Assembly: GCA_014381725.1 (NCBI GenBank)
Contig: JACNLC010000040.1
Span: 21,260 to 85,259, forward strand
Length of the DNA stretch: 64,000 nucleotides
Reading direction: 5' to 3'
From: Fidelibacterota bacterium
Lineage (GTDB): Bacteria > Fidelibacterota > Marinisomatia > SCGC-AAA003-L08 > JACNLC01
The translations under genes were made by a program, and so were the position numbers. The notes under the pieces were generated by a model. The model was not told where the DNA came from. It did not search any database and worked only from the letters and a program-made list of their open reading frames with translations. Shown one piece after another: positions 1 to 10,632 of the stretch; within the stretch, counting starts at the first letter, position 1; each line of letters opens with the position of its first letter.

Positions 1-915
1 CCAAGCGGCGTGATAAACTAAATGACGAGCCGCTTCAATTTGAGTTGCCATATCCGCAAGCTTGAAACTCACTCCCTGAAACGAATTGATTGTTTTACCA
101 AACGCTTCTCTCTCTTGAGAATATTGCAATGCAGATTCATAAGCACCTTGTGCTGTTCCAATCGATAATGCACCAATTGTAATTCTCCCACCTGTTAGTG
201 TTTTTAGAAATTGCTTAAAACCCTTTTCAGGATTTCCTAATACATTCGTTTTTGGGATTCTCATATCCTGAAAATAAACTGTTCGTGTATCTGATGCTTT
301 CCATCCCATTTTTTTCTCAGGTGGATCCATTGACAAACCATCAGTTCCAGCGTCAACCAAAAATGCACTAACTCCTTTTTCTTCTCCATCTTCAACTAAA
401 ACTGAGGTAAAAATAATTACACCTGCATAACCTGCATTTGTGCAAAATACTTTTTGTCCGTTTACAACAAATTCATCACCTTTCAAAACTGCACGAGTTT
501 GAGTAGCTCCTGCATCACTTCCAGCATTAGGTTCCGTTAAGCCGAATGCTCCAAGCATTTCTCCACTTGCCAATTTTGGTAAATATTGTTGTTTCTGTTC
601 ATCAGTTCCAAACATAAAAATTGGGGCAGTTCCCAAACTTGTATGTGCCATCATCGTTGCAGCAGTTGATGGACAAACTTTCCCGAGTTCTTCAATTGCG
701 ATAACTTGTGCCAAAAAATCCATTCCTGTTCCACCAAATTCTTCTGGCCACGGAATTCCCATTAATCCAAGCTCAGCCATTTTATTAATTGACTCCTGTG
801 GGAAAGTTCCATTTTCGTCGATTTCTTTAGCCAAAGGTGCAACTTCGTTCTGTGCAAATTCTTTGACCATATCTCTGAGCATATTGTGTTCTTCTGTAAA
901 ATATAATTCAACCAT
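1..915 (-). CDS. acyl-CoA dehydrogenase (3' end runs off the window start)
   Basis: Absent from the ORF track because there is no in-window stop. Manual reverse-complement translation from the ATG at 913-915 gives MVELYFTEEHNMLRDMVKEFAQNEVAPLAKEIDENGTFPQESINKMAELGLMGIPWPEEFGGTGM...LTEPNAGSDAGATQTRAVLK... and stays open to base 1. This is a typical short-chain/butyryl-type ACAD N-terminus. Confidence 0.85.
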   Translation of the reverse strand, partial: MVELYFTEEHNMLRDMVKEFAQNEVAPLAKEIDENGTFPQESINKMAELGLMGIPWPEEFGGTGMDFLAQVIAIEELGKVCPSTAATMMAHTSLGTAPIFMFGTDEQKQQYLPKLASGEMLGAFGLTEPNAGSDAGATQTRAVLKGDEFVVNGQKVFCTNAGYAGVIIFTSVLVEDGEEKGVSAFLVDAGTDGLSMDPPEKKMGWKASDTRTVYFQDMRIPKTNVLGNPEKGFKQFLKTLTGGRITIGALSIGTAQGAYESALQYSQEREAFGKTINSFQGVSFKLADMATQIEAARHLVYHAAW

Positions 916-994
916 TTCGTTCTTGTCCTTCTTTATAATTATCTATAAATTTCTATTCATGAAACATAATTATTTGTTCTTTTCAAGAGAAATT

Positions 995-2725
995 TTATTC
1001 TTCTAAATCTAAAAAATCACCACAAAGTTTAATATCTTTTAGTTCCAATTGTACTTTTCTGACACCATTCCAAACATTTTCACCGATTTCGTATAAAAGG
1101 TCCACTTTTGTGTTTACTAAAAGTTTTTCATAATGATTCCCCATTTTGAAACCGATGACATCTATAATATTTTTCCCTGCTCGTATTTGAAATTTTAATG
1201 TATCGCTTTCTTTTCCAATAAGTTTGGGAAATCCAATAATTGATACATTTTTTGATAAAAATTTTGGTCTCATATTTCCAGGACCATAAGGGGCTAAAGT
1301 CTTTAAAAAATTGATGAATCGACTGTCTAGTGTTTTAATGTCTAATTTAGCATCAATTTCAATAACAGGAATCAATTTATCCTTACTAATCCAACTTCGT
1401 GAAATTTCACCAAATCGTTCGCAAAATTCTGGAATGTTATCTTTTCTTATGGTTAATCCTGCGGCAATTGGATGCCCACCAAATCCATCTAATAAATCTC
1501 CACATTCTGAAAGAGCATCATACATATTAAAACTCGGAATACTTCGACAAGAACCTGTACCGATTCCATCCTCATCTACAGAAATTACAATTGTTGGTCG
1601 ATAATACAATTCTTTTATTCGAGAAGCTACAATTCCAACAACACCGTGATGCCAATGCTCATTTGACAAAATAATCGCGTGTTCATTCTCAACATCGTGT
1701 TTAGAGTTTACTTGATAAATTGCTTCATCAACTACATCCGCAGTAATTTTTTGTCTTCTAGTATTTTCAACTTCAAGTTCGGAAGCTAGTTCTCTAGCAA
1801 ATACCGGATTATTTGTCGCCATCAGTTTTACAGATCTACCTGCATCACCTAATCTTCCGGCGGCGTTAATTCTCGGAGCCATCCAAAACACTAACCTACC
1901 AACCGTAATATCCTTGTTCAATAATCCAGCTGTTTGTAGCAATGCTTTAATACCTGGTTTACTGCATTTTTGAATTAGTTTGATTCCTTGTTCGACAATA
2001 ATTCTATTTTCATCAACTATTGGGACAATATCCGCAGCAGTCCCGAGTGCAATTAAATCACTATGTTGCCAAGCGAGGTTTGGATCTAAATTTTCTTTTT
2101 TAGTAATAGCTAAAGCCAACTTAAAAGCAACTCCGGCACCACAAAGTCCTTTAAAAGGATAGTCGCAATCTACTTGATTTGGATTCAAGATAGCATAAGC
2201 ACTCGGTAAAATTTTATCAGGAACATGATGGTCAGTTATAATTACATCAATATCTTTTTTGTTGGCAAATTCTACCATTTCCACCGCATTGATTCCGCAA
2301 TCGCAAGTTACCAATAAATCTGCACCGATTAACTCTGCAAATTCTATTCCTTTTTCTGATAAACCATAACCTTCAGTAATTCTATCGGGGATATAGAAAT
2401 GTGTATCAGCACCAATGGATTTTAGAAACAAGTAGAGCATCGCAGTTCCTGAAGTTCCATCAACATCATAATCACCAAAAACAAGAATCGGCTTTTTTTG
2501 TTTGATTTGATTTAAAATTTTATCAACTGCGGTATCCATATTTTTCATCAAAAATGGATCGTGAATTTTTGAAATCCCTGAATAGAAAAATTTGCGAGAT
2601 TTTTCTCTGTCAGTAATTCCTCTAAGGGTCATAACTCTAGCATAAACTTCTGGTAACTGAAATTCCTCAGCAACCTGTTTCACTAGATTATTTTCTACTT
2701 CTTTATATTTCCAAATTAATTCCAA
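995..2725 (-). CDS. recJ: single-stranded-DNA-specific exonuclease RecJ
   Basis: 576-aa ORF with DHH/DHHA1 motifs (VFGDYDVDGTSG, ITDHH, GGHPIAAG) and RecJ-typical length. Confidence 0.93.
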   Translation of the reverse strand: MELIWKYKEVENNLVKQVAEEFQLPEVYARVMTLRGITDREKSRKFFYSGISKIHDPFLMKNMDTAVDKILNQIKQKKPILVFGDYDVDGTSGTAMLYLFLKSIGADTHFYIPDRITEGYGLSEKGIEFAELIGADLLVTCDCGINAVEMVEFANKKDIDVIITDHHVPDKILPSAYAILNPNQVDCDYPFKGLCGAGVAFKLALAITKKENLDPNLAWQHSDLIALGTAADIVPIVDENRIIVEQGIKLIQKCSKPGIKALLQTAGLLNKDITVGRLVFWMAPRINAAGRLGDAGRSVKLMATNNPVFARELASELEVENTRRQKITADVVDEAIYQVNSKHDVENEHAIILSNEHWHHGVVGIVASRIKELYYRPTIVISVDEDGIGTGSCRSIPSFNMYDALSECGDLLDGFGGHPIAAGLTIRKDNIPEFCERFGEISRSWISKDKLIPVIEIDAKLDIKTLDSRFINFLKTLAPYGPGNMRPKFLSKNVSIIGFPKLIGKESDTLKFQIRAGKNIIDVIGFKMGNHYEKLLVNTKVDLLYEIGENVWNGVRKVQLELKDIKLCGDFLDLEE

Positions 2726-2749
2726 TTTACTCCAATTCGATAATATTTT

Positions 2750-3127
2750 GAGATCAGTCTATAAGCCGAATTCTGTATCTTCCGCAACAGCGGAACCGAT
2801 GGTTATTCATCTAGTTCGAATTTCACAATCCGAATCTTGCAATCTACCCATCCCTCCTGCAAGCAACGAAGCGGATCACTTCGCAACCAATGGTTGTTGG
2901 GATTGTTTGATCTTGCTCCAAGTGAGGTTTACCCGGCTTCCGATGTTACCACCAGAACCGGTGGTCTCTTACACCACCATTTCACCCTTACCTCGTAAAC
3001 GAGGCGGTTTGCTTTCTGTTGCACTTTCTGTTTCCTCAACTGAGGACCCTCCTGTTAGGAGGCACTTTATCCTGTGGAGTTCGGACTTTCCTCTCCGACG
3101 CATCGGAGCAACCATCCAACTGACCTC
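2750..3127 (-). ncRNA. rnpB: RNase P RNA, bacterial type A
   Basis: The minus strand reads GAGGUCAGUUGGAUGGUUGCUCCGAUGCGUCGGAGAGGAAAGUCCGAACUCCACAGGAUAAAGUGCC ... ACAGAAUUCGGCUUAUAGACUGAUCUC. The universal GAGGAAAGUCCG and ACAGAA..CGGCUUA blocks are present. 5' GAGGUCAGU pairs with 3' ACUGAUCUC (P1). The region is a GC-rich island in AT-rich DNA. Ends are approximate (+-5 nt). Confidence 0.9.
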
Positions 3128-3146
3128 AAATTTGTAACTATAATAA

Positions 3147-3860
3147 TTATTCTTCCTCTTCTTCCCAAAATAAAAATACGCCACAGCTCGGACAATTAAT
3201 CAGATTATTATTCCGTTTAATCTCGATTATTGACTGTGGTGGTAAAAAATTGTAACACGATCCACAAGAACTCCTAGATATTGGAGAAACTGCAATTCCA
3301 TCTCTTGCTTCTTTTAATTTTTCATAATTTGCTAGATAATTAGCATCAATTTTTGAAATGAATCCTTTTCGCCTCTTAGTTAAATCTTTTTCCTCAACTT
3401 CGGTTTCAGACAAAGATTTGGACAACTCCTCTTTGCTATTTTTTAGATCTTCGGAAGAAGACTCAATCTTTAACTCATTACTCTTAACAAGTTCTTGGAG
3501 TTCAGTTTTTTCTTGTTCAAATTCAATTATTTTATTTTCCGATTCTATTACACTATTCTTCATTGTGTCAATTTCTGATAATAAAGCATCATATTCTTTA
3601 TTTGTTGTTACAAGATAAAGTTGATCCTTGTAATGTTTGAGCTTTATTGTATTATCTTCCATTCTAGAAGTTATTCCTCTAAGTTCACTTTCTAGCTCGG
3701 AGATTCTTGAAGATTTTTCCGAATTCTCTTCTGTTAGTTTCTCAATATTTTCTTGTAAATTTTGAACTTTAAAAGGAAGGTCTCCTCTTAATTCTACTAA
3801 TTCAAAAATTCTATTATCAATTCTTTGTAATTCTATCAAGTTTAGAAGAATTGCTTTCAT
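3147..3860 (-). CDS. coiled-coil zinc-ribbon protein (COG1579/DUF164-like)
   Basis: Long heptad-like coiled coil followed by C-terminal CGSC...CPSC zinc ribbon. The ORF is open to 3896, but the ATG at 3860 (MKAILLNLIELQRID) sits about 10 nt after an AGGAGA Shine-Dalgarno, so it is preferred. Confidence 0.75.
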   Translation of the reverse strand: MKAILLNLIELQRIDNRIFELVELRGDLPFKVQNLQENIEKLTEENSEKSSRISELESELRGITSRMEDNTIKLKHYKDQLYLVTTNKEYDALLSEIDTMKNSVIESENKIIEFEQEKTELQELVKSNELKIESSSEDLKNSKEELSKSLSETEVEEKDLTKRRKGFISKIDANYLANYEKLKEARDGIAVSPISRSSCGSCYNFLPPQSIIEIKRNNNLINCPSCGVFLFWEEEEE

Positions 3861-4319
3861 TATTTTTCTATCTCCTATTAGATATAAAAAATGCACCTAA
3901 ACTTGGTGCATTTCCTAATTAGTTAGTTTGCCTGTTTTGATTCAAATCTCAATTTTCTTAGTTTTCCCATATTTTAGCATCCGCAAAAAGCCCATTAATT
4001 TAGCAAAAAATAGTAGTATTAGCAAAGGAGTGAAATCAATGTTTTTGAGATTATTGAAATCTCACATCTGTTAGATGCTGAAATCTTAAACTTACTACTT
4101 GATGCTAGTCTCGATACTTAGATAAAAAACACTTATTCAATGTTAGTTTTTGATTTTGGATGTGATTTATGATTAAATCTGTAAACTGCATATGGTTTCA
4201 ACTACTATTCTCCACTTGTCACTTTACTATAAATACTCCATTTCTCCGACTATACAAATATTCTACTCGATAATTATCTATATTACATACTAAATTTTCA
4301 CTCCAATAAAGGAGAAAAA

Positions 4320-4760
4320 ATGATGCTTTCAAAATTTCAAGAGGAATTGAAAACCGCAATGAAAAGCGGAGATAAAAAAAGAATTACAGCAATTCGCAAT
4401 ATTTTCGGTAAACTCAAAGCTCGTAAAATAGACAAAGGTGAAGAACTTACTGACGATGAATCTATGAAAATTATACAAAGCAGTGTCAAACAATTGAAAG
4501 ATTCAATCGAACAATACAAAAACGCTGGAAGGGATGACCTTGCTGAAGCAGAATCCTATGAACTTTCATTTCTTGAACAGTATCTTCCTAAACAAATGGG
4601 TGAAGATGAACTTAAAGTAATTGTTAAGAAAATTATTGGCGAAACAGGTGCATCATCTCAAGCTGATATTGGAAAAGTGATGGGACCATTGATGAAAGAT
4701 ATTGCAGGTAAAGCAGACGGGAAAATGGCTCAACAAATTGTACGCGAACTCTTATCATAA
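4320..4760 (+). CDS. yqeY: GatB/YqeY domain protein
   Basis: 146 aa; full-length resemblance to YqeY family (LKxAMKxxDKxRxxxxR...IGKVMGxxMK). AAGGAGA SD lies upstream. Confidence 0.8.
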   Translation: MMLSKFQEELKTAMKSGDKKRITAIRNIFGKLKARKIDKGEELTDDESMKIIQSSVKQLKDSIEQYKNAGRDDLAEAESYELSFLEQYLPKQMGEDELKVIVKKIIGETGASSQADIGKVMGPLMKDIAGKADGKMAQQIVRELLS

Positions 4761-4769
4761 GGAAAAATT

Positions 4770-5336
4770 ATGGATAATATAATTGATGTTCTCATTTTAG
4801 TTATTTTAGCACTATTTACTTTTTTTGGTGCGAAACGAGGATTCATTTCCGAAGTTAGTCGTATTATTGGGTTAATAGCTGGCTTCGTTCTTGCCAATCA
4901 ATTTCACAATGAAGCTAACCAGTTTCTGCAACAATGGATTTCCAACGAATCCGTTTGTAATGTTATCAGCTATCTGGCCATCTTTATAGTAGTTGTTTTT
5001 GCAGTTTCGATTATCGCAAGTATTTTGCAAAAATTCTTCGAGTTTATTCTACTTGGTTGGCTCAACCGTTTATTGGGTTTATTACTTGGGTTCATAAAAG
5101 GAATGCTGATTGTAAGTGTTTTAATTTTTGTTATTGAAGCTTTCCCAACAACAGATTCTTTTAGAAGTAGATTGGAGAATGACTCTCGTTTGTATAATAT
5201 CTGCAACGGACTCAAAGAATGGGTAATTGACAGTATGGCAATTAGAAAATCGGTAGATGATTTACAAGGAACAATTAAATCCGTTACCGATGAAAATCAC
5301 TTACAAAAGGTTCAAGAATATTTGGATGAGGAATAA
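4770..5336 (+). CDS. cvpA: CvpA-family membrane protein
   Basis: 188 aa with four hydrophobic helices and N-terminal IDVLILVILALFTFFGAKRGFI typical of the colicin V production protein family. Sits upstream of mutS2, as in many genomes. Confidence 0.7.
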   Translation: MDNIIDVLILVILALFTFFGAKRGFISEVSRIIGLIAGFVLANQFHNEANQFLQQWISNESVCNVISYLAIFIVVVFAVSIIASILQKFFEFILLGWLNRLLGLLLGFIKGMLIVSVLIFVIEAFPTTDSFRSRLENDSRLYNICNGLKEWVIDSMAIRKSVDDLQGTIKSVTDENHLQKVQEYLDEE

Positions 5337-5362
5337 TTCTTCTTCCATCATTTGCTAGATAA

Positions 5363-7714
5363 ATGAAACTATCTGATTCTCTAAAAGCAGATGTCGGTTT
5401 TAATTTAATAATCGATTGGTTAACAGAACGATGCCATAATTCTCTTTCGAAAGAGCAAGTCCAATCGTTAGTACCAACTACTAAACGAGAGTTTATACAA
5501 GATACACAAAGCCGAACCGAAGAATTGCTAAATAGTCTAATTCGGGGTGAGCAGATTCCACTTCAAGATTTCCCAGATATTTCAATTTGGATTGAACTAC
5601 TTCAAACTGAAGGCTCACAGCTCACTACAGAACAATTTACAGAATTAAATGATATATTGGTGTTATCAAGACAAATTCGTCATTTTACTAAATCGGATAA
5701 ATTTCCTGTTTGGCGTGAAATTGGTGGGAATCTACTTGAACTAGAATCAGGTGAAAAGGAAATTTCTCGAGTTTTTGATGAGAGTTTTCAAATCAAATCG
5801 TCTGCGAGTCCGGAACTAGCACAAATTCGAAAGAAAATAATTTCTGCAGAGTCAGCAATCCATAAACGAATGCAGGATATTTTCAGCAATGCACTTAATG
5901 AAAATTGGCTCCAAGATAATAGAATTGTTTGGCAAGAAGGTCGTTTGGTGCTTCCTATGAAATCATCAAACAAACGAAAAGTTAAGGGAATCGTTCACGG
6001 GAGTTCATCTACAGGACAAACTTCGTATGTTGAGCCGTTGGAAATCATCGAGCGAACTAACGATTTAACAGAATTTCGGATTGATGAAAAGGCAGAAATC
6101 CACAGAATCCTAACAAAACTAACGACTTATTTTAGACCATATTATGAAGATATTTTCCTCTCATTTCACACTATTGTCAGCTTTGATGTACATTTATCGT
6201 ATGCAAAATTGGCTAAATTTTTAGATGCAACCAAACCTATAATCAGTCAACGCGGGGATTTTATACTCGAAAATGCTAAAAATCCTGTACTGATTTTCAA
6301 AGGTGTTGATGTGATTCCGTTAAATTGTAAATTACCAAAAAACAAACGGATTTTACTGATTTCTGGACCAAATGCTGGTGGGAAAACTGTTGTCCTGAAA
6401 ACAGTAGGATTGTTGAGTATTTTGTCTCAATGCGGACTATTTGTTCCAGTAAAAAGGGCAATAATGCCAATTTATGATTGTGTAGTTGCAGACATTGGAG
6501 ATAGGCAATCAATAGAAAATGACTTGTCTACATTTTCCGCTCATATCCAGAATTTGAAAAGGATAATCGAAGTTTCAAATGACAGAACTTTGATTTTGCT
6601 TGACGAACTTGGGACAGGAACCGAACCAGATGCCGGAGCATCAATTTCTCAAGCATTGTTGGAAAATCTCATCGAGAAGAAAAGCACCGTTATCGCAACA
6701 ACTCACTTAGGATTACTTAAAATTTGGGCACACGATGAAAAAGGAATTCTCAATGGTGGAATGGTTTTTGATTCCAATGCTCTATCTCCAACATACGAAC
6801 TGAATGTTGGAATGCCAGGAAGTAGTTATGCAATTGAAATATCAACTAAAATCGGTTTACAAAAATCAATTATTAAACGAGCAACAGAACTAATTGGGGA
6901 TACATCTGTTGAGCTTGAAAAATTGCTTAACGATATGGAATCTCAGAGATTAAGTTCAACAAAATTAGAGGAAAATCTCAAAGCACGAGAAATTGTAATC
7001 AAAAATAAAGAAGATAAAATTTATCATCTTCAGTTAGAAATTGAGAAAACTCATAAACATGCAAAAAAAGATGCAATCATAGAAGCACGAGAAATTGTAG
7101 CCGAATCTCGAAGAGATATCGAAAATTTAGTATATTTGATAAAGAAAAAACAAGCTGATTCCACTGCAATAAAAACCGCAAAAAATGCACTAAAAGCCAA
7201 ACTTCATCGATTAGAAAACGATTTAAAATCTTTTGAAGAACCAATTCGTAATCATATACAACCTAACGAAGCTAAAAAAGGTGTAAAAGTTTTTATTCCG
7301 CATTTGGAAGAATCTGGGGAAATTATTTATCCATTAGACAAACAAAATAAGGTAACTGTGGAAGTAAATGGAATAAAGCTAAAGCTATCTTATGAACAGT
7401 TGATTTTAGAACAACAGAAAATATCCCAAAATTCTACAGGGATATCAGGTGGTGTGCATCACTATTCAGGTCCACAAAGTATGCAAATTGATTTACGCGG
7501 GAAACGAGTGGATGAAGCCATTGAAGAAGTTGACCAATTCCTCGACAAAGCATTGCTTGCTGGACTAAGTTCTGTAAATATCCTTCACGGCAAAGGAACG
7601 GGTGCCTTGCAAGAAGCTATTCAATCACACTTGAAAACACTATTTTTCGTTAAATCTTATCAATTTGCCAAACCGGAATTTGGCGGTGCAGGAATAACTG
7701 TAGTTGAGATGTGA
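5363..7714 (+). CDS. mutS2: endonuclease MutS2 (Smr domain)
   Basis: 783 aa. Walker A GPNAGGKT, DELGTGTEP, C-terminal Smr (IDLRGKRVDEA...ILHGKGTGALQ). Ends with TGA. Confidence 0.93.
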   Translation: MKLSDSLKADVGFNLIIDWLTERCHNSLSKEQVQSLVPTTKREFIQDTQSRTEELLNSLIRGEQIPLQDFPDISIWIELLQTEGSQLTTEQFTELNDILVLSRQIRHFTKSDKFPVWREIGGNLLELESGEKEISRVFDESFQIKSSASPELAQIRKKIISAESAIHKRMQDIFSNALNENWLQDNRIVWQEGRLVLPMKSSNKRKVKGIVHGSSSTGQTSYVEPLEIIERTNDLTEFRIDEKAEIHRILTKLTTYFRPYYEDIFLSFHTIVSFDVHLSYAKLAKFLDATKPIISQRGDFILENAKNPVLIFKGVDVIPLNCKLPKNKRILLISGPNAGGKTVVLKTVGLLSILSQCGLFVPVKRAIMPIYDCVVADIGDRQSIENDLSTFSAHIQNLKRIIEVSNDRTLILLDELGTGTEPDAGASISQALLENLIEKKSTVIATTHLGLLKIWAHDEKGILNGGMVFDSNALSPTYELNVGMPGSSYAIEISTKIGLQKSIIKRATELIGDTSVELEKLLNDMESQRLSSTKLEENLKAREIVIKNKEDKIYHLQLEIEKTHKHAKKDAIIEAREIVAESRRDIENLVYLIKKKQADSTAIKTAKNALKAKLHRLENDLKSFEEPIRNHIQPNEAKKGVKVFIPHLEESGEIIYPLDKQNKVTVEVNGIKLKLSYEQLILEQQKISQNSTGISGGVHHYSGPQSMQIDLRGKRVDEAIEEVDQFLDKALLAGLSSVNILHGKGTGALQEAIQSHLKTLFFVKSYQFAKPEFGGAGITVVEM

Positions 7715-7892
7715 GATGCCTAAATATGGAGACAGAAAAAAGTAGTAGCTACCAATTATCTCCTGCTTTTGTAAACATTTGACCGTTATCATATTTAACT
7801 TCCTAAGGTAATATGCGGTATTACTTCCAATTTATAAATACAATTTTGTTTTATAATAACATCATCAGAATTTCTTATCTTATCGGTTAGTT

Positions 7893-9692
7893 ATGGCACG
7901 AATTTCAGAACAAACCATAGAACATGTTCGCAGTCGAGCAGATATTCTCGATGTTGTATCAGATTATGTTCAACTCAAGCGACGGGGTCAAAATCACTTT
8001 GGCTTATGCCCGTTCCACAATGAAAAAACAGGGTCGTTTTCGGTAAATCAATCCAAGCAAATTTATCATTGTTTTGGGTGCGGTGCAGGTGGTGGTGCCA
8101 TCAATTTTATAATGGAAATAGAAAAACTCAACTTCATTGATTCTATCAAGCATTTGGGTGAACGATACGGTATTCCAGTTGAGATTGAAGGTGGTTCAGG
8201 TAGACCAAAAGAACTGATTGCACAAATTTCTGAAACACAAAATGTGGCTGTAAAATATTTTACAAACGGACTTACAATCAAAGAAGGGATCCCTGTGTTG
8301 GACTATCTTCATAAACGAGGATTATCTGACGATACTATAACCCAATTTCAATTGGGTTATAGTCCAAACTCTTGGGATGGATTACTTAATATATTACGAA
8401 AAGAGAAATTCTCTGCGGAAGCTCTGAATCAATCAGGACTAATCATTTCGTCAGAAAAAGGATATTTTGATAGATTCCGTGGACGGGTTATGTTCACAAT
8501 TCAAAATACTGCTGGTAAAATTGTTGCATTTGCCGGAAGAGTTTTCAAAGGAGACGATCCAGCTAAATATGTAAATTCTCCTGAAACTCCTCTTTACATC
8601 AAAAGCAATATTTTGTATGGATTATGGGCAACCAAGCAGAAAATCCGTGAAGAAGATTTAGCTATTGTTGTTGAAGGTTATTTGGATTTTTTACAACTTT
8701 ATCAGTCAGAAATTCAAAATATAGTAGCAGTATCTGGAACAGCTTTTACAGATGGCCAAGCACGAGAACTAGGCAAGTTTACAAGAAATGTAGCACTAGC
8801 TTATGACGGTGATAAAGCAGGAATTTCCGCTGCGATTCGTGCTGGTTATGTGCTTTTGAGAAATGGATTATCTCCTAAAATTGTTAATCTACCAGAAGGA
8901 ATTGACCCCGACGATTGGGTAAAAGATAAAGGATCAAAACCACTTCTTGATGCTGTTGAAAACGCTGACAGTTTACTGAAATTCCATTTTCAGCATTTTA
9001 AGGGTGATACTTCTAATCCATCAGAATTAGCTAAGTTTTCCAATGAATCATTAATGGAAATCGCTCAAATTTCTGATCCTGTTAATCGAGAAGTTTATGT
9101 CAAAACTCTATCAGAAATTACTGGCCTTCGTGATGCTACGCTTTTTGAATCACTAGACACTTTACTCAAAAAGCAAAGACAACGCCAACCAACGCAAAAA
9201 TCTGATAAAACTAAAGAATCAACACTTACTTCAAAGTCTTCACGGTCGCAAAGAGTTGAGGATGAAATTATTCAACTGTGTTTTGTAAAAGACCAAACAG
9301 TTAGAAGATTTTTGTATGATAATTTGGACAAAGAATGGTTTTCATCGACTACAAATAAACGAATCTTTGATGTTGCGTTTATCCATTTGCACTCTGAGTT
9401 TCCTCCAGATACTGGAGTAATTTTAGATGGACTCACAGATAAAAACGATATACAAAAATTATCTGCACTTATTTTTGAAATTGAAAAAGTGTCATCAGAT
9501 TTAACTTTTGCAAAGGATTGTGTTATCCGTTTAGAAAAGGATTTTATAAGTAACAAACTAGATAAGTTACGAGAAGGTTTGAAGCAAAACGAATCCAATA
9601 ATGAAGATGTTATGTCAATAATTACTAAAATTTCTGAACTCCAAAAAGAACAAAATTTAATTCGTAATAAATACAACTCAAATGAAAAATAA
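7893..9692 (+). CDS. dnaG: DNA primase
   Basis: 599 aa. Zinc-binding CPFHNEKTGSF...YHCFGCGAGG; TOPRIM VVEGYLD / LAYDGDKAG. Confidence 0.93.
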   Translation: MARISEQTIEHVRSRADILDVVSDYVQLKRRGQNHFGLCPFHNEKTGSFSVNQSKQIYHCFGCGAGGGAINFIMEIEKLNFIDSIKHLGERYGIPVEIEGGSGRPKELIAQISETQNVAVKYFTNGLTIKEGIPVLDYLHKRGLSDDTITQFQLGYSPNSWDGLLNILRKEKFSAEALNQSGLIISSEKGYFDRFRGRVMFTIQNTAGKIVAFAGRVFKGDDPAKYVNSPETPLYIKSNILYGLWATKQKIREEDLAIVVEGYLDFLQLYQSEIQNIVAVSGTAFTDGQARELGKFTRNVALAYDGDKAGISAAIRAGYVLLRNGLSPKIVNLPEGIDPDDWVKDKGSKPLLDAVENADSLLKFHFQHFKGDTSNPSELAKFSNESLMEIAQISDPVNREVYVKTLSEITGLRDATLFESLDTLLKKQRQRQPTQKSDKTKESTLTSKSSRSQRVEDEIIQLCFVKDQTVRRFLYDNLDKEWFSSTTNKRIFDVAFIHLHSEFPPDTGVILDGLTDKNDIQKLSALIFEIEKVSSDLTFAKDCVIRLEKDFISNKLDKLREGLKQNESNNEDVMSIITKISELQKEQNLIRNKYNSNEK

Positions 9693-10632
9693 GATATTTG
9701 TAATTATAAGCATTGTTTTACTATTTCTCAGTTGCGATTTAGAGTCGGAAATTACTACAATTTCTAACGACCAAGATTATGATCCAGAATTTCAATTGAA
9801 GTTGATTTCTGAGGATTCAGGATTAAACAAATATTCTGCAACTGTTTATTGGAATTCAGATGAATATGACGATTTTGGAAAATGCTCACTATTTGTTAGA
9901 GAAACCGAAATGAGTGTTGTTGAGCAACAGAATTTTTGGACATTCCCTGATCTGACACCAGGAGAATTTTATACAGTTGATTGTTTTATATTCAATTCTG
10001 GCGATTCTATTATCGCTCAAGATTCTATTCAGATTTTTACTCGACCGTTGATTTCGGTAACTGATTTTAGATTTACAGAAATTCAGGATACAAGTTACTA
10101 CTTTCTATCTTGGAAATCATCTACAGAAAATGAAACGGATTTTCGTTATTATTCAATAACTCGATATCCTGATGAGCAAACTGATACTAATTTCAACGAT
10201 ATTACTGAATCATCTTTTACAGATATGAGCACGCTGGATGGAATCCAATATGAATACACGATTGAAACCGTAGATAATGATGGAAACTCTCGTTTTGGAA
10301 TTCCTATGATTACTACTTCACAATCAAATGTATTTTCACAATTTTCAGCTTCAGATAATAATCCAAATCACATCGACTTGAATTGGAGTTACAGTACCAA
10401 TTTTCAAAATAATTTTTATCAAGTAGAAATTTGGAGAAATGACACAGAGGATGTCGAAGATGATGAAAATGAATCCACTTTATTAGCAATTATCATTGAT
10501 CCTAACAAAACTCATTTTGAAGATAGATTCGACATCGGAACAGGTAAAACCTATTACTACCGTATTTATGGAATCGATATATTAGGAAACAGATATAACG
10601 GCGATATTGCACAAGGGAGAACAACTCCTTGA
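9682..10632 (+). CDS. lipoprotein with about three FN3-like beta-sandwich repeats
   Basis: Signal peptide plus lipobox (LLFLSC). Repeated W...Y.Y.I/V patterns (YYFLSWKSS, YEYTIETVD, YYYRIYGID). Start overlaps the dnaG stop by 11 nt. Confidence 0.6.
   Translation: MKNKIFVIISIVLLFLSCDLESEITTISNDQDYDPEFQLKLISEDSGLNKYSATVYWNSDEYDDFGKCSLFVRETEMSVVEQQNFWTFPDLTPGEFYTVDCFIFNSGDSIIAQDSIQIFTRPLISVTDFRFTEIQDTSYYFLSWKSSTENETDFRYYSITRYPDEQTDTNFNDITESSFTDMSTLDGIQYEYTIETVDNDGNSRFGIPMITTSQSNVFSQFSASDNNPNHIDLNWSYSTNFQNNFYQVEIWRNDTEDVEDDENESTLLAIIIDPNKTHFEDRFDIGTGKTYYYRIYGIDILGNRYNGDIAQGRTTP

Noticed and set aside
2748-3184. Track ORFs 2748..3137 (+, 129 aa) and 2969..3184 (-, 71 aa)
   Set aside because: They lie entirely on the RNase P RNA gene. 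They are open only because of the GC-rich structured RNA, and their composition is not protein-like.
3861-3896. 12-codon N-terminal extension (MHFLYLIGDRKI) of the zinc-ribbon protein
   Set aside because: The ATG at 3860 has an AGGAGA SD at the proper spacing. The extension overlaps a 7-bp hairpin (ATGCACC/GGTGCAT) and has no SD.
3897-4319. A 423-nt AT-rich intergenic region with short hairpins (GAGATT/AATCTC, CATCT/AGATG) and a 10-codon uORF (MFLRLLKSHIC) behind an AAGGAG; considered as an sRNA, riboswitch or leader peptide
   Set aside because: I recognised no conserved riboswitch, 6S, tmRNA or SRP motif. The hairpins are short and the uORF has no informative composition. Without comparative data this is not supportable.
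7712-7714. Genome-wide TGA reassignment (code 4 or 25) as an explanation for the in-frame TGA at 60599
   Set aside because: mutS2 (7712-7714), aroA (13175-13177), the FN3-like lipoprotein (10630-10632) and others end at TGA exactly where homologues end, so TGA is a functional stop here.
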